From assembly GCF_004785935.1 (NCBI RefSeq), contig NZ_SRRP01000001.1, positions 1,504,753 through 1,536,752 of the forward strand: 32,000 nucleotides of DNA, given 5' to 3'. The position numbers and the translations under genes were made by a program. Every line of letters begins with the position of its first letter. The first letter of the stretch is position 1. Below are positions 11,012-19,932 of the stretch, one piece after another. A model generated the notes under the pieces. The model did no database searches. It had not been told where the DNA came from and saw only the letters and a program-made list of their open reading frames with translations. The DNA comes from Streptococcus rubneri (lineage in GTDB: Bacteria > Bacillota > Bacilli > Lactobacillales > Streptococcaceae).

Positions 11012-11978
11012 TACACCTTTTATGATTGGGAACGTCGAGATCCCAAACCGGACGGTCCTAGCACCTATGGCCGGAGTGACCAACTCAGCTTTCCGGACGA
11101 TTGCGAAAGAACTCGGAGCAGGGCTTGTGGTCATGGAAATGGTCTCTGACAAAGGGATCCAATACAACAACGAAAAGACCCTGCATATGCTCCATATCGA
11201 TGAGGGAGAAAATCCTGTATCGATCCAGCTCTTTGGTAGCGATGAAGATAGCTTAGCACGCGCGGCAGAATTCATCCAAGAAAACACCAAGACCGATATC
11301 GTGGATATCAACATGGGCTGCCCAGTCAATAAAATCGTGAAAAATGAAGCGGGTGCTATGTGGCTCAAAGACCCAGACAAGATCTACTCCATTATCAATA
11401 AGGTTCAGTCTGTCCTTGATATCCCCCTCACTGTTAAAATGCGGACAGGTTGGTCAGACCCTTCTCTAGCAGTTGAGAATGCCCTCGCAGCTGAAGCCGC
11501 AGGTGTCTCTGCCCTTGCCATGCATGGACGGACTCGGGAACAAATGTATACGGGGCATGCGGATCTTGAGACCCTTCACAAGGTTGCGCAAGCTCTGACC
11601 AAGATTCCATTTATTGCAAACGGAGACATCCGTACGGTTCAAGAAGCGAAACAACGCATCGAAGAAGTCGGTGCCGACGCGGTCATGATTGGCCGTGCCG
11701 CTATGGGCAATCCTTACCTCTTCAATCAAATCAATCATTACTTTGAAACAGGAGAGATCCTGCCTGATTTAACCTTCGAAGACAAGATGAAGATTGCTTA
11801 TGAGCATCTGAAACGCTTGATTGATCTCAAGGGCGAGCACATTGCCGTCCGCGAATTCCGTGGACTGGCCCCTCACTACCTCCGTGGAACATCTGGCGCT
11901 GCCAAACTACGCGGAGCCATTTCGCAAGCAAATAGCCTAGCTGAAATTGAAGAACTCTTACAAATTGAAAAATCTTAA
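10998..11978 (+). CDS. dusB: tRNA-dihydrouridine synthase
   Basis: Dus signature [61 protein letters not shown]; likely GTG start at 10998 or ATG at 11022; track start at 10923 lies inside hslO. Confidence 0.93.
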   Translation: MTNLNTPFMIGNVEIPNRTVLAPMAGVTNSAFRTIAKELGAGLVVMEMVSDKGIQYNNEKTLHMLHIDEGENPVSIQLFGSDEDSLARAAEFIQENTKTDIVDINMGCPVNKIVKNEAGAMWLKDPDKIYSIINKVQSVLDIPLTVKMRTGWSDPSLAVENALAAEAAGVSALAMHGRTREQMYTGHADLETLHKVAQALTKIPFIANGDIRTVQEAKQRIEEVGADAVMIGRAAMGNPYLFNQINHYFETGEILPDLTFEDKMKIAYEHLKRLIDLKGEHIAVREFRGLAPHYLRGTSGAAKLRGAISQANSLAEIEELLQIEKS

Positions 11979-11984
11979 TGACAA

Positions 11985-12010
11985 AAACAGCATCGACATT
12001 GATGCTGTTT
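11985..12010 (+). terminator. Terminator-like hairpin downstream of dusB (T1)
   Basis: AAACAGCATCgacattGATGCTGTTT followed by AAAATAT (weak U tract). Confidence 0.5.
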
Positions 12011-12084
12011 AAAATATATACAACTTATTTTTAACATAAACTAGCTAGCTGGTTTTTCAAAAAACTGACTTAAATTTTTTGAGT

Positions 12085-12252
12085 CAGTTAAGTAAATCTA
12101 AAACTTTCCGCTGTGAGAAAAGTGCCTGAAACAATTGTGTTTCAGGCACTCGGAATTATTGAGACCTTAGGCTCAATGATTAGTCATGGAACTTTGAAGA
12201 AGTTCGCTGACGTCCGTTCTCACTTAAGGAAAGTTTTTAGAAGAACTTAACT
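12085..12252. repeat. Structured intergenic element with ~35 nt imperfect terminal inverted repeats
   Basis: Left AGTTAAGTaaaTCTAAAACTTTCCgctGTGAGAA; reverse complement of right end AGTTAAGTtctTCTAAAAACTTTCCttaaGTGAGAA; perfect 12-bp internal hairpin AGTGCCTGAAAC/GTTTCAGGCACT (12121-12150). Confidence 0.6.
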
Positions 12253-12259
12253 CCATCTG

Positions 12260-12287
12260 ACAGCATCAACTTTGATGCTGTTTTTTG
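12260..12287 (+). terminator. Rho-independent terminator (T2)
   Basis: ACAGCATCaactttGATGCTGTTTTTTG, plus strand. Confidence 0.75.
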
Positions 12288-12291
12288 TCTA

Positions 12292-13089
12292 TTATTCTTC
12301 CTCTTGAGCTTCGCTTTCTTTCCAGCGATAGGTCTTGCGTGGTTTTTTCTTAGGCACCCGCTTGACTCCTACCTCTTCAACATAGGAACCGTAGGTCACA
12401 AGGAAATTATTGGTCAAAATTTCTTTATCTGGATGGATCAGATTCACCAACTCGGTTGCTTCGTATACGGTGAAAGGCTCTTCTAGGAGATGGAGGAATG
12501 TTGGATTCCAGGCCAAGCGCCCTTGGATCCGCTTGATGGATTCTTGGACAATCTCATAGTGGTCAAAGGCAAAATCTTCAGCCGTCAAGACACGTCCGTC
12601 TAGGGAACATTCCCCATGTTTGAAGTCCACATCGAGAAAGAGAACTTCTTTGGCATCATCTCCAGCTCGGACCATATCTACTGCTACAGCTGGCAAATAA
12701 ACCAAGTGAGCAATGGTAATGACCCAACCCCGAGGGTCCCGACCAGGAGTAGAGACTGTCATTAGTTGCTCTACCTTTTGAGGGGTCAATTCTAGTCCAA
12801 CTTCTTCCTGGACTTCACGGATACAAGCCTGGATAGCATCTTCATGCTTTTGCAAGAATCCTCCAACCAAGGCCACCCGATGCTGACAAGGATGCGTTTT
12901 CCGACGAATCACTAAGAGTTTTAGGCGCCCCTCCACAAAGCAGTAGGCCACCATATCTGCTGTCACACTTGGATTTTCATAGGTAGGTTGATCCTGCTCC
13001 TTGTACCAGCGGAGAAATTCTTCCTCGCTGACGATCGTTTCGTAGTATTCCTTTTCGTTCATTCCTTCCGGAATGCTTGTTGCTATCAT
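12292..13089 (-). CDS. Nudix hydrolase, possibly ADP-ribose pyrophosphatase type with C-terminal winged-helix-like extension
   Basis: 265 aa; intact Nudix box GGFLQKHEDAIQACIREVQEEVGLE; abuts pnuC. Confidence 0.82.
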   Translation of the reverse strand: MIATSIPEGMNEKEYYETIVSEEEFLRWYKEQDQPTYENPSVTADMVAYCFVEGRLKLLVIRRKTHPCQHRVALVGGFLQKHEDAIQACIREVQEEVGLELTPQKVEQLMTVSTPGRDPRGWVITIAHLVYLPAVAVDMVRAGDDAKEVLFLDVDFKHGECSLDGRVLTAEDFAFDHYEIVQESIKRIQGRLAWNPTFLHLLEEPFTVYEATELVNLIHPDKEILTNNFLVTYGSYVEEVGVKRVPKKKPRKTYRWKESEAQEEE

Positions 13090-13872
13090 TTAAGCAACCT
13101 CCTTTTTCACAGCTTTGCTCCATTGGTACCAACCAACCAAACTATTAAGAGTATAGACCCAATACATTCCCTGAATATGGATGCTTTCTCCCCACCAGAG
13201 GTAGATACTGAAGAGGTTGGTCGCAATCCAGAAAATCCACTGTTCGCGATAGAGACCGGTCATGAGAAGTTGGCCGACTCCATTGGTCGCATCTGTCACA
13301 CTATCCCGGAAAGGTCGGGCGCTGTGGATGCTTTTATAGGCATAGCCCATCCCGATCCAAATGAGAGCGGTTAGGACCAGATACTTGATCCATTCCATTA
13401 AGGTTAATTTCTTGGCCTCAAAGTGAGATTCTTCTGCATCCCCCTGATCATTGATCCGATTCGACAACCAGACATAGAGACCAATTGGTTGCATCACGAA
13501 GAAGTACAGAGTCGTCAGAACTTCTCCATAGAAGTTTTTGTTCAAGGCTAGGACGAGGTAAATTGCTGAGTTTACTGCTCCAAAGAGATAGTTACTAGCC
13601 CGACCTTCTGCTACTAGTATAACACAAACGATTCCTGTCCAGGAGGCAAAGAGCCCTAACCAATCGTGACTTGCTTCCTGATTGGTAAACTCTAGGACAA
13701 AGGGCACGCTAGATAAAGCAAGCAAATAGAGCCATTGTGTCAAAGTGCGACCAGCGAATAGGTCTTTCCAAAGGAGTTTCATAATCCCTACGAAGCCAAG
13801 TTTGCCAGCTTCTCGATGAACATTTTTTAAATGCTCCCCAAATGTTTGAATTTTTTCTTGTAGTCGTTTCAT
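13090..13872 (-). CDS. pnuC: Nicotinamide riboside transporter PnuC
   Basis: 260 aa multi-TM protein with W-rich helices (SWTGIVCVILVAEGRASNYLFGAVNSAIYLVLALNKNFYGEVL); between nadR and Nudix gene. Confidence 0.9.
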   Translation of the reverse strand: MKRLQEKIQTFGEHLKNVHREAGKLGFVGIMKLLWKDLFAGRTLTQWLYLLALSSVPFVLEFTNQEASHDWLGLFASWTGIVCVILVAEGRASNYLFGAVNSAIYLVLALNKNFYGEVLTTLYFFVMQPIGLYVWLSNRINDQGDAEESHFEAKKLTLMEWIKYLVLTALIWIGMGYAYKSIHSARPFRDSVTDATNGVGQLLMTGLYREQWIFWIATNLFSIYLWWGESIHIQGMYWVYTLNSLVGWYQWSKAVKKEVA

Positions 13873-13884
13873 GCTGCTTCTCCT

Positions 13885-14943
13885 TTAATCAGCTTGATAA
13901 ATCGTATCGATGACACGCTTCGCTTCTTCGTAATTCCCCAAGTAGTCTTGCCCGAGATAAGCTGTTGGAATATCTGAGAGGTATTGGTGGCGGAGCTGAT
14001 CCAGGTGATTTGAAAAACTGTTACGAATTTCGTCATCTGCCATGGTCATATCACGGAAGCCATCATTGACATAGGATCCAATCGGTTGAACAAATAAGAT
14101 CAAGTCCCATTTTTCCTTAGCTAAGATACTGACAAATAGATTGTCAAAGGTATCCGTCATACTGGTCTCTGGGCCTTCTACCTCCATATAGTAGTCGTAA
14201 TAGCCCTTCGTTACCAGAGAGTTGGTATCCGCAATGACCAGGCCTCGATTGGCACTACTATCAATCAATTTAGAGGTTTGATCGTATTGCCCCAACAAGA
14301 GGTAATAATAATCTTTGGGTGTCAGTTCATCATCCCTCACATTATTTTTAATCTGGTACTCACGAGCATATTCTAAGCTCACTGGTGCATCATAGAAGCG
14401 GGCCAAATCTTTTGCCAAGGTCGTTTTCCCATTGCTAGCACTCCCCATGATGAGGACTTTCTTCGTGAACTGACGGCGGAAGGGTTGGGCAATGTATTTC
14501 CAATACTTGCTCGGGTTCTCTCTGATGAGGGTCCCTGAAATGCCAAACTGACGTTCTTGTAGGTGAGCTTGAAATCCTCTGGCTTCAAGCTCCTCTTGAT
14601 ACGTTTTTTCTCCAACAAAGAAGATGAGTTCTTCTCTGGCTTCATTATATTGGATTGTTTCAAGAGCTGTCTTTAACCAAGGTTCCCATCCCAAGGGATA
14701 GCGAGGAAGTTCTGTCTCATCGAGTTTATAAATCTGAGTGAGTTCATCATTTGAAAAACCTTCTCGAATATAGCGAAAACGTTTTTGCAAAGGAAGGCCA
14801 ACTTCTTCTCCTCGGTCACCTTTGTAACCAGAGACAATCACACAAACGCGGTCACATTGGCGTTTTGCCCGTTGAATTAAATCAATATGCCCTTGATGAA
14901 GGGGGGCAAACGTTCCAAATACCACTGCCACTCTTTCTTTCAT
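13885..14943 (-). CDS. nadR: Bifunctional NMN adenylyltransferase / ribosylnicotinamide kinase
   Basis: 352 aa; VVFGTFAPLHQGHIDLIQRAKRQCDRV nucleotidyltransferase motif and P-loop KKVLIMGSASNGKTTLAKDLARFY; no N-terminal HTH. Confidence 0.92.
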   Translation of the reverse strand: MKERVAVVFGTFAPLHQGHIDLIQRAKRQCDRVCVIVSGYKGDRGEEVGLPLQKRFRYIREGFSNDELTQIYKLDETELPRYPLGWEPWLKTALETIQYNEAREELIFFVGEKTYQEELEARGFQAHLQERQFGISGTLIRENPSKYWKYIAQPFRRQFTKKVLIMGSASNGKTTLAKDLARFYDAPVSLEYAREYQIKNNVRDDELTPKDYYYLLLGQYDQTSKLIDSSANRGLVIADTNSLVTKGYYDYYMEVEGPETSMTDTFDNLFVSILAKEKWDLILFVQPIGSYVNDGFRDMTMADDEIRNSFSNHLDQLRHQYLSDIPTAYLGQDYLGNYEEAKRVIDTIYQAD

Positions 14944-14958
14944 CTAACTGGCTCCTTT

Positions 14959-15021
14959 ATCATAATGTCAAAACATGTTTTACTTATGATTTTATTATAA
15001 ACTATAATTTCAATCTGTCAA
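14959..15021 (-). promoter_or_regulatory. Promoter of nadR-pnuC-Nudix operon with palindrome at the predicted transcription start
   Basis: Minus strand TTGACA (15016-15021) - 16 nt - TATAAT (14994-14999), followed by ATCATAAgtAAAACATGTTTTgacaTTATGAT (14959-14990). Confidence 0.6.
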
Positions 15022-15066
15022 TACCTTTTTATAAAAAAATATAATTTTATAAAACAAAAATTAAAA

Positions 15067-15104
15067 AGATTCAACTCTGTATGTTATTATACAGAATTGA
15101 ATCT
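15067..15104 (-). terminator. Terminator downstream of the lipoprotein gene 15146-15895
   Basis: AGATTCAACTCTGTAT/ATACAGAATTGAATCT, 15 of 16 pairs, 6-nt loop; minus-strand T tract follows. Confidence 0.75.
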
Positions 15105-15145
15105 CTGATTTCAATCATTTTTTTAATTTTCTCAGTGACGAGCTA

Positions 15146-15895
15146 TTATTCCCGAAGCAAGGCATGCACATGGCCATTTTCTGTCACTTGAACACTTGCC
15201 AGTTGTCCATCTTGACCAACGACTATATCCAAGCTAGCTGCAGATCCATCTTGGGCGGAAATCAAGCCAGCATGATAATGACCTTGATCCAAGTTGTATT
15301 CATAGCTTCCAATCGTATAGCCCACTGCATCGCCACCTGGAGTTTGTATGGTCACTTGGCCTCCTTGCCCGATCGTTACACCTGTATCGCGACCGTCGGT
15401 CCAACTACCTATTGCTCCAGAATAATCCCCTGAGGCATAAGTTAATACACCTTTATAGCGTGGGTTCTCTGTCTTAGAGGCTTGCTCTTTTGCAGTCGTG
15501 CGACCTTCCTCCAAGCTAGGTAGTTTTGGTTTTTCAGGTGCTGGGGTCACTGCTGGATGTGTTTCTTTGGAAGGAGTTGGGGCCAGGCCTTGACTGACTT
15601 CTGGAACTCTTGGTGTCACCGGAGTTGACGGAGTCTCTTGGCTCGCTTGTGTTTCACTCGAAGCGATGGCAGGAGTTTTTGCCACTTCTGCGCTTTGTTG
15701 GCTTTGTGTGGTTTTGCCTGTAGCCTTTTTCTCTTCTTTTTTACTCGTAGAGCTTTGTTTCACTTGCTCAATTTTACTAGTTGAAGATGGACTGGTTTCC
15801 TTTTTCTTTTCTGATCCACAGGCGCTTAATAAAAGAGCAGCGGTTAAAGCAAGGGTTGATAGACTAAAGAGGATTCCTTTCGTTTTCATGATCAC
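15146..15895 (-). CDS. Lipoprotein of unknown function
   Basis: Signal peptide with lipobox LSACGS, Ser/Lys/Pro-rich spacer, compact C-terminal domain ending GQLASVQVTENGHVHALLRE. Confidence 0.8.
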   Translation of the reverse strand: MIMKTKGILFSLSTLALTAALLLSACGSEKKKETSPSSTSKIEQVKQSSTSKKEEKKATGKTTQSQQSAEVAKTPAIASSETQASQETPSTPVTPRVPEVSQGLAPTPSKETHPAVTPAPEKPKLPSLEEGRTTAKEQASKTENPRYKGVLTYASGDYSGAIGSWTDGRDTGVTIGQGGQVTIQTPGGDAVGYTIGSYEYNLDQGHYHAGLISAQDGSAASLDIVVGQDGQLASVQVTENGHVHALLRE

Positions 15896-15902
15896 ACCTC
15901 GT

Positions 15903-15942
15903 GTTTGTAATATTTGTTACATTTTGTAATATAATTGTAACA
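15903..15942 (-). promoter_or_regulatory. Palindromic/iterated TTACAA region upstream of lipoprotein gene
   Basis: Minus strand TGTTACAATTATATTACAAAATGTAACAAATATTACAAACAC: TGTTAC/GTAACA inverted repeat and two ATATTACAAA-type direct repeats. Confidence 0.4.
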
Positions 15943-16004
15943 ATAATCTATGAGTAAGTCAAGTGAATTTTCTATCCATCTCCCAAAATAGAAACTAGTT
16001 TCAA

Positions 16005-16050
16005 AAAAAGAGTGAACTCCTGGAGAGTCCTCCAATCATTCACTCTTTTT
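16005..16050 (-). terminator. Terminator behind the DUF4430 lipoprotein gene
   Basis: AAAAAGAGTGAA (16005-16016) and TTCACTCTTTTT (16039-16050), perfect 12-bp arms. Confidence 0.75.
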
Positions 16051-16051
16051 C

Positions 16052-16456
16052 TTATTGATAGACTTCTTGATAAAATTCGATGGTATCTCCATCTTGGACA
16101 GTCGTTTCTGCTGCCCCTTTTGGTGCCATCTCTCCATTGATCTTGTACATCCAATAGAGCCCCTTGCTTTCATCCTGGGCTACGCCATCGATCGAGGTGA
16201 TGAGTCCACTCTTCTCCTCAATTTTGTAGTTAGCTTTCAGGACTTCCATCAGGTTAGATTTTTCTGCAACCTTTAAGGTCTTGCTTTGAGCTTCTTGACC
16301 TTCAGGGGCGATACTGACCGTAATGGTAATTTGTTTTTCTTTAGCTACTTGTGAGCTAGAAGCTGAGTTTTCCGTGGTCGATGGTGTGCTTTGTCCGCAA
16401 CTGACCAATACAAGAGCCGTTAGGACAGCAAACAAGCTATAAAGTGTTTTTTTCAT
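16052..16456 (-). CDS. DUF4430 (transcobalamin-like C-terminal domain) lipoprotein
   Basis: 134 aa; lipobox LVSCGQ; GLYWMYKINGEMAPKGAAETTVQDGDTIEFYQEVY matches the DUF4430 pattern. Confidence 0.8.
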   Translation of the reverse strand: MKKTLYSLFAVLTALVLVSCGQSTPSTTENSASSSQVAKEKQITITVSIAPEGQEAQSKTLKVAEKSNLMEVLKANYKIEEKSGLITSIDGVAQDESKGLYWMYKINGEMAPKGAAETTVQDGDTIEFYQEVYQ

Positions 16457-16925
16457 GATACAATCTCCTAAATACTACATAAAGTAGAGGGTAAAAACAG
16501 GCGGTGGAAAAGGCATGGGCCAGGTTAAAGCTAAAGCCATTCACCAGGGCATAGGTCCACCAGGGCATATGATAGAGGACAGCATAAAGACTGTCAATCA
16601 CTATCCCGTAAAGAAAGGATAAAATGCCGACCACTAGAGTCTGGACTTGCAAAGACAAGTGGCGGTAAAGTCCCCGCCAAAGAGTCAAGAGGAGGCTAAA
16701 GGCCAGTATCTGAGCGAGCACCACTGGGCTCATCCCCAAGAGAAAAGCCGAGGTAAACATGGTGACCGCCATCGCCAAACAGGCAAATTGCCAGTCTTCA
16801 AATAGCACCAGTAAAAAGAAAATGGCACTAATGGGTTGGACATTGGGCAAGAAGGCAAAGGCTTGTCTCAGCACCACACAGAGGGCTGCTAAGAGGGTGA
16901 TTCGGGTCAAGCGTTTGAGAGGCAC
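16437..16925 (-). CDS. ECF transporter S component
   Basis: 162 aa, 5-6 TM helices; RITLLAALCVVLRQAFAFLPNVQPISAIFFLLVLF layout typical of ECF S components; stop overlaps the start of the DUF4430 gene. Confidence 0.75.
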   Translation of the reverse strand: MPLKRLTRITLLAALCVVLRQAFAFLPNVQPISAIFFLLVLFEDWQFACLAMAVTMFTSAFLLGMSPVVLAQILAFSLLLTLWRGLYRHLSLQVQTLVVGILSFLYGIVIDSLYAVLYHMPWWTYALVNGFSFNLAHAFSTACFYPLLYVVFRRLYHEKNTL

Positions 16926-16936
16926 TGCATATCCTC

Positions 16937-19366
16937 CTAGTCAATCGTGAAGTTAAGCTGACCAGACTTGACACCTACCTTGAGGGTTTGCCCTTCAGCC
17001 ACTTCTCCTCTCAAGAGGATCTCTGCCAAATGGTCTTCCACTTGGGTCTGGATGATCCGGCGCAAAGGACGTGCTCCCATCTCTGGATCATATCCGTGAG
17101 TTGCCAACCATTTAAGGGCAGACGCTTGAAATTTCAGAGCAATGCCCTTCTCTGCTAGAGATTGAACCAGCGGTTTCACCATAATCTTGACAATCTCATG
17201 CATTTGGTCACTGGTCAAGCTATGGAAGACAACCTTCTCATCAATCCGGTTGATAAACTCTGGGCGATAGGTCTTCTTCAATTCTTCGAAGATGCGTTTT
17301 TCCATATTGGCTTGGTCAAAGCGAATATCCTTGGCTCCAAAACCAACTGTCTTATCATCTCGTAAAGCGGTAGCTCCCAAGTTTGAGGTCATGATAATAA
17401 TCGTATTGGAGAAATCTACCTTGCGTCCCTTGCTATCAGTTAAGACCCCATCATCCAGAACTTGCAAGAGAACGTTAAAGATATCCGGATGGGCTTTTTC
17501 CACCTCATCAAACAAGAGGACTGAGTAAGGTTTGTTGCGGACTTTTTCCGTCAACTCGCCCCCTTCTTCATAACCGACATAGCCTGGAGGAGCTCCGTTG
17601 AGACGACTGGCCGCAAATTTCTCCATGTATTCACTCATATCAAAGCGGATCAAAGCAGACTCATCATCAAAGAGGACCTCTGCAAGGGCCTTGGCTAGCT
17701 CGGTTTTCCCGACCCCAGTCGGACCGAGAAAGAGGAAGGAACCAATTGGCCGTTTGTGAGACCGGATTCCCGACTGATTGCGGCGAATCGCTCGGCTGAT
17801 ACTTGAGACAGCCTGATCCTGACCAATCACGCGCTTATGAAGTTCTGCTTCCAATTCAAGGTATTTCTTAGCCGCTGTTTGGGTTAGTTTCTCCACAGGA
17901 ATGCCTGACAATTGACTGAGCGTCTTCAGGATATCCTCTTCCTTGACTTCTAGCTGGTAGCCTTTCGGACTAGCGTCTTCTTTTAGCAACTGAGCAACTT
18001 TTTTCCACTGCCCCTTGAGCAAGGCTTGATCAGCAGCTGTCAAATCGGACTGAAGCCCCGCTTGAGGCCCCTTGTTTTGCACGGTTGCTGCCGCCTCATC
18101 CAAGAGGTCAATGGCCGAATCAGGCAAGAGGCGACTGGTCAAATAACGATTGGCAAAGACAACAGCTGTCTCAATAGCTGCATCCGTAATATGGACGCGG
18201 TGGTGACGCTCATAGGTCTTCTTGAGCCCTTGCAAAATCGCGATGCTATCTGTAACAGAGGGTTGCTCAATCAAGACCTTAGCAAAGCGGCGTGAAAGAG
18301 CAGCGTCTTTTTCAATGTGTTTTTGGTATTCTTCTTGCGTAGTGGCTCCTACGGTCCGTAGAGTTCCGCGAGCTAAGGCCGGCTTCAAGATATTGGCCGC
18401 ATCCAAGGTAGAGTCAATCCCAGAGCCAGACCCCATAATGGTATGGAGCTCATCAATAAAGAGAATGACATGACCATCTTCTTCGATATCATTGATGATG
18501 TTGTTCATCCGCTCTTCAAAATCTCCACGGAACCGCGTCCCTGCGACAACATTCATCAAGTCCAATTCTAGGACCCGCATTTTAGCTAGTTCCGTTGGAA
18601 CATCGCCGCTGGCAATCCGTTGGGCCAAGCCCAAGGCTAGAGCGGTCTTTCCGACACCGGCATCACCGACAAGGACTGGGTTGTTTTTCGTTTTGCGGCT
18701 CAAAATCTGAATCATCCGCGAGATTTCTTGACCCCGGCCAATCACCGGTTCCAAACTGCCATTGCGAGCCATTTCTGTCAGATCTCGGGTGTAGTCTTCC
18801 AAACCACCGCTGGTAGAGGCTGGCATGCCCATCATATTTCCCATGGTTTGACGATTTGGTTGCTGGGCACGATAGAGCGAACGGATAGCTTTCACAGCTT
18901 CCTTGTCCCAACCTGCTCGTTGTTCCAAGCTCTTACGAAGCTCGACGATTTTAATGCCCTCTTCCTGATCATCATAGCGGAAGCCAACATACTCCAATAC
19001 TTGAGAAGCCAAGGTTCCCCGCTCTAGTAAGAGCGCCAAGAGGACATGCTCCGTTCCAAGACTTTTGGCATGGACTGCTTGAGCAATCTCTTGCGCACGA
19101 TTCATGATTTCTTCGACACGGAAAGAAAAAGGGAAGACATCATAGCGCCCCTCTTCTTGATACAGTTGCCCTGTAATATGTTCCGCTGCATCTTGAAACT
19201 CATCAATTTGTAGTGGATAGTCGCTTAAGACGGAACCAGCTACACTGTATGGATTATTGCCCAAAGCGACTAAGATATGCCAAGTATCGAGTGTCTGGCC
19301 TGTAAAATGGCCTGCTAAGACTTGTGCAGCTTCAATACTTTCTAATAGGGCTTTTGAATAGTTCAT
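16937..19366 (-). CDS. clpC: ATP-dependent Clp protease ATPase subunit ClpC
   Basis: Two AAA+ P-loops (GDAGVGKTAL, GPTGVGKTEL), N-terminal Clp repeats; start likely MNYSKALLES (about 9 codons inside the track ORF). Confidence 0.95.
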   Translation of the reverse strand: MNYSKALLESIEAAQVLAGHFTGQTLDTWHILVALGNNPYSVAGSVLSDYPLQIDEFQDAAEHITGQLYQEEGRYDVFPFSFRVEEIMNRAQEIAQAVHAKSLGTEHVLLALLLERGTLASQVLEYVGFRYDDQEEGIKIVELRKSLEQRAGWDKEAVKAIRSLYRAQQPNRQTMGNMMGMPASTSGGLEDYTRDLTEMARNGSLEPVIGRGQEISRMIQILSRKTKNNPVLVGDAGVGKTALALGLAQRIASGDVPTELAKMRVLELDLMNVVAGTRFRGDFEERMNNIINDIEEDGHVILFIDELHTIMGSGSGIDSTLDAANILKPALARGTLRTVGATTQEEYQKHIEKDAALSRRFAKVLIEQPSVTDSIAILQGLKKTYERHHRVHITDAAIETAVVFANRYLTSRLLPDSAIDLLDEAAATVQNKGPQAGLQSDLTAADQALLKGQWKKVAQLLKEDASPKGYQLEVKEEDILKTLSQLSGIPVEKLTQTAAKKYLELEAELHKRVIGQDQAVSSISRAIRRNQSGIRSHKRPIGSFLFLGPTGVGKTELAKALAEVLFDDESALIRFDMSEYMEKFAASRLNGAPPGYVGYEEGGELTEKVRNKPYSVLLFDEVEKAHPDIFNVLLQVLDDGVLTDSKGRKVDFSNTIIIMTSNLGATALRDDKTVGFGAKDIRFDQANMEKRIFEELKKTYRPEFINRIDEKVVFHSLTSDQMHEIVKIMVKPLVQSLAEKGIALKFQASALKWLATHGYDPEMGARPLRRIIQTQVEDHLAEILLRGEVAEGQTLKVGVKSGQLNFTID

Positions 19367-19373
19367 CAGAAAA

Positions 19374-19832
19374 TTATAGTCCCTTTCTATCAACTTGTTG
19401 GATGATCTTTTGGACGATGCTAGATCGAATGCGATCAGCTTCCATTCCTAGAACTTCATCTGTTGCCGTCACAAAAAGAAGTTCAATCTCTCTTTGAGTT
19501 AAGAGTTTTTGTTCATAGAGCATTTGCAACAGATCCCAAAAAATCGTCTGACTAATGTGCTCTCCAATACTGTCACGAAGTTCTTTCAGCATTTGATGTT
19601 GGTCTGAAAATTGAACCTTTCCAATGCGGATATAGCCCCCGCCACCTCGTTTACTCTCTACAATATAGCCTCGACTTTCAGTAAAGCGGGTCTTAATGAC
19701 ATAATTAATTTGACTTGGGACAACTTTGAAAACATCAGCTAATTCACTTCGCTTGATCTCTGCAATTCCTGCTTGCGATAGCAAGGCCTTGATATAGGCT
19801 TCAATACTATCAGATGTATTTTTATTTCCCAT
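19374..19832 (-). CDS. ctsR: Transcriptional repressor CtsR
   Basis: MGNKNTSDSIEAYIKALLSQAGIAEIKRSELADVFKVVPSQINYVIKTRFT and ESKRGGGGYIRI; SD GGAAGGGAG upstream of the ATG at 19832. Confidence 0.96.
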   Translation of the reverse strand: MGNKNTSDSIEAYIKALLSQAGIAEIKRSELADVFKVVPSQINYVIKTRFTESRGYIVESKRGGGGYIRIGKVQFSDQHQMLKELRDSIGEHISQTIFWDLLQMLYEQKLLTQREIELLFVTATDEVLGMEADRIRSSIVQKIIQQVDRKGL

Positions 19833-19932
19833 AACTCTCCCTTCCCTTTTCGATGATTGTAATTGGTACTCCAATACCTTTCTGTTGATGTCTTGACTTG
19901 GAAAAGTCGGACGACAAACCTATTTTCTCAAG

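Noticed and set aside
10883-11380. 165 aa minus ORF opposite hslO/dusB
   Set aside because: Antisense shadow of two well-supported genes.
15972-16154. 60 aa minus ORF
   Set aside because: Spans the terminator and the end of the DUF4430 gene in another frame.
18026-19027. Several plus ORFs opposite clpC
   Set aside because: All antisense to conserved AAA+ coding sequence.
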